DNA from: a bacterium
Lineage (GTDB): Bacteria > Patescibacteriota > Saccharimonadia > Saccharimonadales > DATKHC01
Reading direction: 5' to 3'
DNA length: 64,000 nt
NCBI GenBank assembly: GCA_021781215.1
Contig: JAJXXC010000008.1
Location: 6,965-70,964, forward strand
In this document: positions 16,789 to 24,871 of the stretch, piece by piece
How positions within the stretch are numbered: the first letter of the stretch is position 1
Layout: every line of letters begins with the position of its first letter
Position numbers and translations under genes: made by a program
The notes under the pieces: generated by a model
Told to the model about the DNA's origin: nothing
What the model saw: only the letters and a program-made list of their open reading frames with translations
Database searches by the model: none

Positions 16789-17835
16789 ATGAACGATAAA
16801 ACAATCCTGGTGGATATAACTAAAACAGTTAACGATATCTTGGGATCAATAGAACATGAGCGAGAAAGAGAAATAATCTCTAGGCGCTTTGGTCTATTTG
16901 ATAGAAAAGAAACCTTAGAGCAAATTGGTGAATTACTTGGAATTACTCGAGAAAGAGTCAGACAGTTAGAAAAAGTAATTCTAACTAGATTAAAGTTGTC
17001 CGCAAAAGAAGGGAAGCTTAGTGGTATTAATGAGCTTCAGAGTATATTAAAAGAAACAATCAATGATCATGGTGGAATTATGAGAGTAAGTGAGCTTGGT
17101 CTTTATCTGACTAAAGCAAACTCAAAGATTGACCAAGCTCAGGTATATTTCGTTTCAGAGATGTGCCCTGATCTCATAGTTATTCCTGACAGCGATATTT
17201 TTTATCAAAGCATTGGAATATTAGCAATGCATGATGCAGCTGAAATTAAAAAACTAGTAGATATGATTACTGCTACTATTAAAAAAATTGGGGTTCAGAC
17301 AAGTATAGAGAAGGTGACTAGCGAGTTTGGTAGTGATTTAGGAACCCAAAGGATTAGAGCCCTAGCTAGTATATCTAAACAACTTGCAACCTTAAATGGC
17401 AAATGGGGACTAATTAAATGGCCTACAGTGAATCCTAAGAACATTAGAGATAAAATATACGTTATTCTAAAAGAAGAAGAATCTCCGCTACATTTCAATA
17501 AAATTTCTGAAGCTATTAAGAAATCAAGTTTTAAGCGAAAAGATGTTACAACCCAAGCCATACACAATGAATTGATAAAAGATAAGCGTTTTGTATTAAT
17601 TGGTCGCGGTATATACGCATTAAAAGAATGGGGTTACGAAAAAGGAACCGTAGCAGATATAATTGCGAATGTATTAAGAAAAGCCAACAAACCCCTACAT
17701 AGAGATGAAATTATTAAAGAAGTTCTAAAGAGTCGTTTTGTGAAAGAAACTACTATTTTACTTAATCTCCAGGGTAAATCTCAATTCAAGAGAGTTGCAA
17801 AAGCCACATACAATTTAGATGAGTCGGTTAATTAA
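16789..17835 (+). CDS. DNA-binding protein with N-terminal sigma-70 region-4-like HTH and two C-terminal HARE-HTH-like winged-helix modules
   Basis: REIISRRFGLFDRKETLEQIGELLGITRERVRQLEKVILTRLK matches the sigma region 4.2 pattern. IYVILKEEESPLHFNKISEAIKK...DKRFVLIGRGIYALKEWGY and IIANVLRKANKPLHRDEIIKEVL match the HARE-HTH (RNAP delta N-terminal-like) pattern. No sigma region 2 is present. Confidence 0.6.
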   Translation: MNDKTILVDITKTVNDILGSIEHEREREIISRRFGLFDRKETLEQIGELLGITRERVRQLEKVILTRLKLSAKEGKLSGINELQSILKETINDHGGIMRVSELGLYLTKANSKIDQAQVYFVSEMCPDLIVIPDSDIFYQSIGILAMHDAAEIKKLVDMITATIKKIGVQTSIEKVTSEFGSDLGTQRIRALASISKQLATLNGKWGLIKWPTVNPKNIRDKIYVILKEEESPLHFNKISEAIKKSSFKRKDVTTQAIHNELIKDKRFVLIGRGIYALKEWGYEKGTVADIIANVLRKANKPLHRDEIIKEVLKSRFVKETTILLNLQGKSQFKRVAKATYNLDESVN

Positions 17836-17986
17836 AAACTACCACTGTTTCGCATCTGTTAATTAGATTATACACAACAAGAACATTTTACGAACAATAT
17901 ATAAAGTTCAGTATGAACAGTGGTGAATGATAATATAGCCTAAATATTTGAAATAAGTTAAATAAATATATAGCTAGCAGGGACAT

Positions 17987-18042
17987 AAAAAAAATAAACA
18001 CGCCTAAAAAATACTGGTTTAAAGTTGGAGCAGGGCGTGTTT
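17987..18042 (-). terminator. Intrinsic-terminator-like hairpin on minus strand (9-bp stem, 29-nt loop, A + U8 tail)
   Basis: AAACACGCC (17996-18004) pairs with GGCGTGTTT (18034-18042). The minus strand reads stem-loop-stem followed by ATTTTTTTT (the complement of 17987-17995). Confidence 0.5.
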
Positions 18043-18473
18043 CCATTCAATAGATCAATATAGATTTCATGTCGCACAATGTACCTTTTGCGACGCGCTA
18101 TATTAATTTATAGTTGTCTTGTTACTCATCCCTTACAGGGGATTAGCAAGCATAATGATTGATATTGTATCAACTTTATATTACTTAGATAAATCAGATA
18201 CACTGCATTACATCTCTAACATACATATTTATATTTCTTCTATACTACCTAGCGTTAAATTATAATATTTGACACTATACTAAAAATGTTATATTTGACT
18301 TTTCCACAGCTTGTTGACTTATATGTTTTTTTATACTGCCCTACCTTTTTTATATATTATCAAAAAAAGTACTCAATTTATATTTTTGCATGTACTTATT
18401 ATTACATGTATAAATATAATAATTTTATTACACTGAACATTTTACGAACACGTGGGGGATGATAGTGGGGCGT

Positions 18474-19355
18474 TCACTTATAAAAAGCTTTTCCGGTAAC
18501 TCGTAAATCGATATACTGTGTCGGCATCGGTAGATTATTTGTTTTTAGATACTTTAGCGTCGCTAGATACGTCCCTACCTGATAGTTTGAGCTATCCAAT
18601 AGATTATATTTTGCTATAAAACCCTCCCCCCTACTCTGCACATCTATTTCGAACGGTAAGTTGGGCAATACTATATCTTGAATTGTTATTCCTTTTTTTG
18701 AATACTGGTAGATTACATTTTTAATAAACGTTACCGAATTAGTTGATATAAAACTCTTACCTAATGAAACTCTCGAATTACTCCGATCTATTAAAGTCAC
18801 TAATTTCGTCGAATTCATCTGTTTTAAAGAATTAAACTTTATAACAGCGACTCCCTGGTCGTTTAACATGTAATATCCGGTAGAGTTTTCAAGATTTAGC
18901 GCAGGTTCAGACACTTTTAGCACCAGGTTTAACTTGTGTCCATAAATCGGTATTATAACTGTTACGGAACTAAATTCGGGATAATCTGACTTAAACTGTC
19001 TAGCTACGCTATTAGAGTTAATGGTAAATTTACTTTTATTTAAGATAGATTTATCGAGTATCGATTTGATTGTTTGCTGATATTGGGCTTTACTATGTAT
19101 GAACTTTATACCATTTGTATTGCCCCTAATAATGATTTGAGGATTACTATTTAGCGTAGTTATGTAAAACAGAGTTGCTACTATAACAATGAACGAAACA
19201 ATCGCTGGTAATTGTTTTAAAAAATTTAGATTTTTAGGATTTTTCTTCTTATTGTGAGCTTTTATTTGTGAATGATACGTGAACTTATGAGTTGATAAAT
19301 TATCAATCGGGTCCATTTTTCTTACGTTAGTTTTATTGGATTTTAATTTGATCAT
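18474..19355 (-). CDS. FtsQ/DivIB-like cell division protein (N-terminal TM + POTRA-like region)
   Basis: It occupies the position after murG in the dcw cluster. It has one TM helix (LPAIVSFIVIVATLFYI) followed by a POTRA-like segment (YPEFSSVTVIIPIYGHKLNLVLKVSEPAL). Confidence 0.6.
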   Translation of the reverse strand: MIKLKSNKTNVRKMDPIDNLSTHKFTYHSQIKAHNKKKNPKNLNFLKQLPAIVSFIVIVATLFYITTLNSNPQIIIRGNTNGIKFIHSKAQYQQTIKSILDKSILNKSKFTINSNSVARQFKSDYPEFSSVTVIIPIYGHKLNLVLKVSEPALNLENSTGYYMLNDQGVAVIKFNSLKQMNSTKLVTLIDRSNSRVSLGKSFISTNSVTFIKNVIYQYSKKGITIQDIVLPNLPFEIDVQSRGEGFIAKYNLLDSSNYQVGTYLATLKYLKTNNLPMPTQYIDLRVTGKAFYK

Positions 19356-19357
19356 TT

Positions 19358-20497
19358 TTATAACTTCAATAACACTTTTGCAATCTGCATAGCTGCATCT
19401 GAAACCGCCAGCTTACTAATATTATCAGATAATTCATTTGAAAGATTCTTATTGTCTAATACACTGATTATTGCATTGAATAGGGTGCTAGGATCTTTAA
19501 TAAGTTGAGCCTCCTGAATAATAATTCCAGCATTATTATTTAATATTTCCTGGCTATTAATCAATTGATGACCGCCAGTTAGATTCGGATTAGGAATAAC
19601 TATTATCGGTTTACCCTGTATAGCCAGTTCCGCCAGAGATGTTGCAGATGCGCGTGTAATAACAATGTCAGCAGCAGCTGAATACTGATACATACCGTCT
19701 ATAAATTCACTAACCCTGGTATGGTCATCAATATCTGTATCACCATAAACATTTAGCTTGCCGCTCCCAACTTGATGAACGATATATATGCCCCTATATC
19801 GATCAAGTATCTTTTTATATATAGAAACGAATGCCTTATTAATTTCATTAGCGCCTAGGCTGCCTCCAGTTATAAAAATCATTTTAGACTCTACTGGGAC
19901 TTTAAGAATATTTCTAAAATTATCTCTGCTCTTTTGATCGACAAAACTATACTTATCAGACACTGGTACTCCTACTCTAATTAGCTTGTGGCCTTTGTAT
20001 TTATAGAATATAGGATTCGAACCAGTCATATTATAAATACCCCACCTACCTACCAAACTATTAGTGAGGCTTGCCTTAGCATCAGAATCATGTGTAATAA
20101 AAGGTATCCTTAGTAAACTGGCCGCGAAACCAATAGGAAGTCCTACATATCCTCCCTTGAGCAGTATTGCGTTTGGTCTATATCTACTTAATAGATAAAC
20201 GCTCTCAAAAAATCCAATTCCAACAAATAATAAATCTCTAGTATTTAGTAGGTTTGTTTTGTAATCCAAAAATCGCTCTACCCACGATTGTTTATGGTAT
20301 CTCCTTAGTTTGCCGGCATGTACTCTAAAAATATAATCAATATTTTTATTATTGTTCACTAGTCCAGTAAATTTACTACCACTTTCACCTACATAACTAA
20401 CTTCCGTATTTGGTGATATTTTCTTTATCTCATGAGCGATGGCCAGGATAGGCGTTATGTGTCCGCCTGTACCCCCGCCGCAAAGCAGAATTTTCAT
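19358..20497 (-). CDS. murG: UDP-GlcNAc:lipid I N-acetylglucosaminyltransferase MurG
   Basis: It starts MKILLCGGGTGGHITPILAIA and has a GT28 C-terminal domain. A GGAGC Shine-Dalgarno lies before the ATG. Confidence 0.9.
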   Translation of the reverse strand: MKILLCGGGTGGHITPILAIAHEIKKISPNTEVSYVGESGSKFTGLVNNNKNIDYIFRVHAGKLRRYHKQSWVERFLDYKTNLLNTRDLLFVGIGFFESVYLLSRYRPNAILLKGGYVGLPIGFAASLLRIPFITHDSDAKASLTNSLVGRWGIYNMTGSNPIFYKYKGHKLIRVGVPVSDKYSFVDQKSRDNFRNILKVPVESKMIFITGGSLGANEINKAFVSIYKKILDRYRGIYIVHQVGSGKLNVYGDTDIDDHTRVSEFIDGMYQYSAAADIVITRASATSLAELAIQGKPIIVIPNPNLTGGHQLINSQEILNNNAGIIIQEAQLIKDPSTLFNAIISVLDNKNLSNELSDNISKLAVSDAAMQIAKVLLKL

Positions 20498-21698
20498 TAT
20501 TAGCTCCTATTGTTGTCTCTTCATTATATATTGAATTTGAAGTAGTGTAATAAGAAATATTAAACACAACGCCAATCGCTAACATAGCAAATACTATACT
20601 AGTTCCACCGTAACTCATTAAGGGTAATGTGATACCCTTAAGCGGGAGTAGCCCTACCATAGCCCCTATATTAATCATAGTTTGAACCGATAGCCATGCC
20701 AATACCCCAGTAGCGATAAATCTAGTGTAGTTATTCGGCGCCTTTTCCATAATATCTTTTATTCGTTTGAATAACGCAAAAAAGATACAAACTAATATAG
20801 TCGTCCCTATAAAACCAAATTGTTCGGCATATGCCGCAAAAATAGTATCATTATCGCTTTCTGGTAAATACCCATTTACTTGCACTCCCCGAGCAAGTCC
20901 CTTGCCCGCTACTCCACCAGACCCAACCGCAATAATTGCTTGACATGCCTGCCAGCCAGTACTAGTCGATTGACAATTTTGAGTTGGATGCAAAAACGTT
21001 AATAATCGATTTTTTCGATAACTACTGCTAGATATAGCAATAATACCTATCAATAAAATAGCTATCGTGATATACATTAATTTTTTAATTGGTACCCCGG
21101 CGACCACAGCCACGGCTGACATCATAATTATTATAACCACTGTCGAACCTAAATCGCTTTGTAGGCCAGCAACAATAACCCCAATTATAATAAATGCATA
21201 TATCAAAGGCTTAATATTTTTATTTAAACTCGAAATTCCACCCTCTCTAATTATTTTGGCAAAAAATCCTGCAATCCAGATTAAAACAGTAAATTTTACT
21301 AACTCTACTGGCTGAAAAGAAATTCCCCCAAATTGGATCCATCTATAAGCACCATTAACTCGTATACCAACTACCCTAACAGCCAAGGAAACAATAATAG
21401 AAACGATTATTAAGGGTGTTAGATATTTCTTCCAGAGATCAATTGAAACTATTGCGCTAAAACTAAAACCTATTAAACCTATTATTATTGCTATAGATTG
21501 TTTTACAACGTAATAATTGTTAGACACATTAGTAGATCTAGTTAAGCCGGGACTTATAGCGAATATAGTAATCAAACCTATGGCTAAAAGTGCTGCGCAT
21601 AATATCAACAACACATAGTCTGGCCGATGTCTCCTAAGACCTTTTAAGGAATCTGGCTGATCTATAGTCTTATGTCTAATCCCTTGATTGGGATTCAT
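20430..21698 (-). CDS. ftsW: SEDS-family peptidoglycan polymerase FtsW/RodA
   Basis: It is a multi-TM protein with the LPESDNDTIFAAYAEQFGFIG block. The start is placed at ATG 21698 (MNPNQG), which forms an ATGA overlap with the mraY stop. The ORF-track start at 21791 would lie inside mraY. Confidence 0.9.
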   Translation of the reverse strand: MNPNQGIRHKTIDQPDSLKGLRRHRPDYVLLILCAALLAIGLITIFAISPGLTRSTNVSNNYYVVKQSIAIIIGLIGFSFSAIVSIDLWKKYLTPLIIVSIIVSLAVRVVGIRVNGAYRWIQFGGISFQPVELVKFTVLIWIAGFFAKIIREGGISSLNKNIKPLIYAFIIIGVIVAGLQSDLGSTVVIIIMMSAVAVVAGVPIKKLMYITIAILLIGIIAISSSSYRKNRLLTFLHPTQNCQSTSTGWQACQAIIAVGSGGVAGKGLARGVQVNGYLPESDNDTIFAAYAEQFGFIGTTILVCIFFALFKRIKDIMEKAPNNYTRFIATGVLAWLSVQTMINIGAMVGLLPLKGITLPLMSYGGTSIVFAMLAIGVVFNISYYTTSNSIYNEETTIGANNENSALRRGYRRTHNAYPGHRS

Positions 21699-22735
21699 AA
21701 AGCTATCCTTAATAGAAAAAGTGCTATTCCGGCTGTTGCACCTATCTGCCCGATTAACCAAAACCTCATAGTTACTTTTGTCTCCGGCCAACCGATAGCT
21801 TCAAAATGATGATGTACTGGTGACGAAAGGAATACCTTCTTCCCCTTTCTAAGTTTTTTAGATAATCTATTGATAATTACAGATCCAGTCTCGGCTAAAT
21901 AAACTATACCTATAACTGGTAATATATAAATTGTATTCGTCAACATAGCGACAACGCCTAGAGCCGTTCCCAGACCAAATGCACCCACATCCCCCATGAA
22001 GAATCTTGCAGGAAAAATATTAAACCAAGTATAGCTAATTAATGCCCCTGCAATTGATATACAAAATGCTGCTAAATTATATTTATTCTCGAATATGCAT
22101 ATGATTGAATAGGCCGTAAATGAGGTCGTTAATAGCCCACCTGCAAGACCATCAAGGCCATCCGTTATATTTACAGCATTTGCCGTCGCAATAACTACTA
22201 GCCAAAAAATTAATACGATAAAAATTCCTACGTGCACATTGCCCAAGCCTGGTATATATAAATAGTTAACACCTAATTTATAGAAAAACCACCATCCACC
22301 AACCAGGGCTACAGCACTGTGAAGAATAAATTTTAGCTTTGATCTCATTCCCGCAATTCCTTTATCACTGCCTCGAATATTGATAACATCATCTACTAAA
22401 CCAATAAAACCAGAGCCCACCATTGCAGCTAATGGAAGCCAAGTTTGAGTACGATCAAGATTATAAAATATAGTTACGAGCACTACAGCAGTTATAAATA
22501 TAAGACCCGCCATGGTTGGTACATGTCTTTTGTGTTTCTCTGCATGCAATTTGTTGTAGACTACTGCTTTTTCGCCAGTCCACGATTCCGTCCTTTGCCT
22601 TTTCCACCACTGTTTTTTATAAGCAATACGAGTATACATTGGAGTTATAATCATACTGATCATAAAACTTAAAATTCCTAAGCCAATAATCCTTGCCGCA
22701 GCATGTGATGTGATATCTAGAGCAATATAAGTCAT
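21695..22735 (-). CDS. mraY: Phospho-N-acetylmuramoyl-pentapeptide transferase MraY
   Basis: It has NAVNITDGLDGLA, FMGDVGAFGLG and SPVHHHFE motifs. Confidence 0.95.
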   Translation of the reverse strand: MTYIALDITSHAAARIIGLGILSFMISMIITPMYTRIAYKKQWWKRQRTESWTGEKAVVYNKLHAEKHKRHVPTMAGLIFITAVVLVTIFYNLDRTQTWLPLAAMVGSGFIGLVDDVINIRGSDKGIAGMRSKLKFILHSAVALVGGWWFFYKLGVNYLYIPGLGNVHVGIFIVLIFWLVVIATANAVNITDGLDGLAGGLLTTSFTAYSIICIFENKYNLAAFCISIAGALISYTWFNIFPARFFMGDVGAFGLGTALGVVAMLTNTIYILPVIGIVYLAETGSVIINRLSKKLRKGKKVFLSSPVHHHFEAIGWPETKVTMRFWLIGQIGATAGIALFLLRIAL

Positions 22736-22770
22736 GGTTAATTGTTACATTATACCTTAAAAAATTAAAT

Positions 22771-23118
22771 CTAGTTTTTAGCAACTGCTGCTGGCGTTAC
22801 TGTTGCTAATTGTTGTGTTACAGGACTGTTTGCTACTCTCTCTATAGACTGCAACCTAGTAGAATCAACCTCTAGTTGATCGTGTTGGGTTTGTAATTGA
22901 GCTTGTTGTGTTTCGAGAGAGTTAATTTGATAACTAAATGTATTCGTTTTGGTAACTTGGGTTAAATATAGTAACCCTAGTAAGCATGCCAAAACAATTA
23001 GAATTATCGTATTGCTTACTGGCCCTAAAGTCTTAGCCCTCTCATGGAAAGCTGTTGAGTTTTGGTTTCTGGTCGAGTATTTTTGTCGACTACTGGCAAT
23101 TGAATTTGAGTATGTCAT
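22771..23118 (-). CDS. FtsL-like / septum-formation-initiator-like small bitopic protein
   Basis: It lies between rsmH and mraY. It has a single TM helix (IILIVLACLLGLLYL) followed by a Q-rich coiled coil (LETQQAQLQTQHDQLEVDSTRLQ). Confidence 0.5.
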   Translation of the reverse strand: MTYSNSIASSRQKYSTRNQNSTAFHERAKTLGPVSNTIILIVLACLLGLLYLTQVTKTNTFSYQINSLETQQAQLQTQHDQLEVDSTRLQSIERVANSPVTQQLATVTPAAVAKN

Positions 23119-23148
23119 TTTTAATTCCTTTCTTTATTTTTATTCCCC

Positions 23149-23174
23149 CATCTACGCCCTAATTGGCGTAGATG
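23149..23174. other. Perfect 10-bp inverted repeat with 6-nt spacer in the rsmH-ftsL gap
   Basis: CATCTACGCC (23149-23158), then ctaatt, then GGCGTAGATG (23165-23174). No U-run follows on the transcribed (minus) strand. Confidence 0.6.
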
Positions 23175-23236
23175 AGAGTAGATATATAAAGCTTTATCCT
23201 ATTCGGACTTTTACTTTATATGCTCTGGAGAGGTTT

Positions 23237-24187
23237 TTAACCTGTATAGGCATTAGCCCCTCCTTTCTTTATTTTTATTTTTGCAACGGCTCGTAGTTTA
23301 GCACTACGTGCACGCGGATTGATAGCTATTTCAGTCTTACCGGCTATAACTGGATTCTTAGTCAGCAAGTTCATAGTAGAGTCGTAATTGGCTGATGCAT
23401 TTTTCTTGAAGTAATTTTTAACCATTCTATCTTCAAGACTATGAAAACTTATAACTGCTAACCTACCTTCTGGTTTTAATAACTTTCCCCAGATGGGCAG
23501 ACTTGCCTCTAATTGCCCCAGCTCATCGTTAACTAAGATTCTTATTGCTTGGAATGTTTTAGTAGCAGGATGAGTTTTGGTATAGCCAGGCCACGCCTTT
23601 TTTACTATTTGAGCTAATTGCAGAGTACTTTTGATTGGCCTATTCTCTATAATAAGCCTAGCAATTCTCTGCGACTTAGGGTCTTCACCATACTCTTTAA
23701 TTAATTGAGCTAATTTATGTTGGTTATATTTATTAACCACGTAATCAGCTGTTAACTCTTGAGTTTGATCCATTCTCATATCCAATTTATTGTCGGATAA
23801 GAAACTGAATCCCCTATTAGCCTCGTTAAGGTGCAGTGACGATACCCCTAGATCTACCAATATAAGATCATACCTACGGTTTGCATTTTGTAAATTTATA
23901 GAGGCTGCTAAGAAATCACTATGAATAATCTCACAGCTCTTACTCTTAAACTTATCTCTTAGGTACGTAATTGCTTCTAAATCACGATCTACGAGCGTTA
24001 TCTCAGAGCTCTTAGTTCTTTCTATAATCCTCTCTGCGTGCCCGCCATATCCTGCAGTCAAATCTAAATACGAATTACCTAACTGTGGATCAAGATATTC
24101 AAGCACTTCATCGAGAAGAACCGGTGTATGTATATTGTTAATTTCTTGGTGTATTTTTTTCATGCGTTTTTGTTTTTGCAAGGCCAC
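23237..24187 (-). CDS. rsmH: 16S rRNA (cytosine1402-N4)-methyltransferase RsmH
   Basis: It has HTPVLLDEV, DLTAGYGGHAERI and ISFHSLEDR motifs. The 24187 start is GTG, and ATG at 24163 (MKKIHQ) is an equally plausible start. Confidence 0.9.
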   Translation of the reverse strand: MALQKQKRMKKIHQEINNIHTPVLLDEVLEYLDPQLGNSYLDLTAGYGGHAERIIERTKSSEITLVDRDLEAITYLRDKFKSKSCEIIHSDFLAASINLQNANRRYDLILVDLGVSSLHLNEANRGFSFLSDNKLDMRMDQTQELTADYVVNKYNQHKLAQLIKEYGEDPKSQRIARLIIENRPIKSTLQLAQIVKKAWPGYTKTHPATKTFQAIRILVNDELGQLEASLPIWGKLLKPEGRLAVISFHSLEDRMVKNYFKKNASANYDSTMNLLTKNPVIAGKTEIAINPRARSAKLRAVAKIKIKKGGANAYTG

Positions 24188-24203
24188 CTATTCAGCAGTC
24201 AAC

Positions 24204-24235
24204 TTTTTGTTTTTGTTGGATTTTTGTTTTTGTTG
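24204..24235 (-). repeat. Two tandem 17-nt CA-rich units (CAACAAAAACAAAAA on the transcribed strand) in the rsmH leader
   Basis: The plus strand has tttttgtttttgttg at 24204-24218 and again at 24221-24235. A third AAAAACAAAAA lies at the rsmH 5' end. Confidence 0.7.
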
Positions 24236-24457
24236 TTCGATAAATAAATAATGAAGAACTTTACGAAGAATATCCTTCAATTATTATCGAAACTGAGACT
24301 TTTTGTGTGAGGTGGAGTTTTGGGAGGTTTTTCATACAAAGTACTAGGGTTTTTAAGATGGTTGCCCTAAAATTCCATCTGTTGACTGCCAAATAGCTAT
24401 TCTCGAGACTATTTTTGTTTTTAATTATTAATGTACCTGCAAAGAAGCTACTGGATT

Positions 24458-24817
24458 TTAACCTGCGGTTAATCGCCAATATTTTCCCGCACGAACTGCA
24501 ACAATATCCTTGTCTATAGATGCATAATCAAGTAGGTGTTGTTCGATAACAATACGCCCTTGTTTATCATCAAGATTTTGTTCAGTCTTACCGGTCCTAA
24601 GCTTAACATTTAGGTCTGCTATACCTTCATCTAATATATTGCCTGTTAATGCTGGTTCTACCAACTCGTTCCAAACCGACAACGTATACAGATGTAGGTA
24701 ATTTTTAAAACCTCTTGTAACTATTGCGCCATGACTAAACTCTTCGCGTAGCTCGGATGGTATTGTTAACCTCCTTTTTTCATCTAGCTTTCTTTCGAAG
24801 TAATCTGTTATGGCCAT
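24458..24817 (-). CDS. mraZ: Transcriptional regulator MraZ (two SpoVT/AbrB-like half domains)
   Basis: MAITDYFERKLDEKRRLTIPSELRE and LDDKQGRIVIEQHLLDY match the duplicated MraZ xLDxKGRxxIP pattern. The start is placed at ATG 24817. The ORF-track extension to 24910 covers the putative operator. Confidence 0.8.
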   Translation of the reverse strand: MAITDYFERKLDEKRRLTIPSELREEFSHGAIVTRGFKNYLHLYTLSVWNELVEPALTGNILDEGIADLNVKLRTGKTEQNLDDKQGRIVIEQHLLDYASIDKDIVAVRAGKYWRLTAG

Positions 24818-24871
24818 ATTATATTTTTTAGTGGTGTTTTTATTTTTTATATAAGTAATTCTTATTGAGTT

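Noticed and set aside
18145-18175. Possible dif/Xer site (GCATAATGATTGATATTGTATCAA) at the convergent junction
   Set aside because: Only the XerC-arm-like GCATAA is similar. The XerD arm (TTATGTnAAnT) is not present on either strand.
18300-18308. DnaA-box-like TTTTCCACA. The same 9-mer recurs at 24960-24968 and TTATACACA occurs at about 17868, raising the idea of oriC in the 17.8-18.5 kb gap.
   Set aside because: There are only isolated one-mismatch boxes, with no cluster, no dnaA nearby and no clear AT-rich unwinding repeats. The flanking genes converge, whereas an origin would have them diverge.
17836-18473. SRP RNA or tmRNA in the large gap
   Set aside because: I could not find the SRP helix-8 GGAA tetraloop/AGCAGC motif or tmRNA tRNA-like ends by eye. 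Identity is left open as a finding rather than a call.
24261-24479. 72-aa minus-strand ORF in the mraZ-rsmH spacer
   Set aside because: It overlaps the mraZ 3' end, has no ribosome-binding site, and its sequence is compositionally odd (MAINRRLKSSSFFAGTLIIKNKN...). The spacer is treated as non-coding, but see the finding on this spacer.
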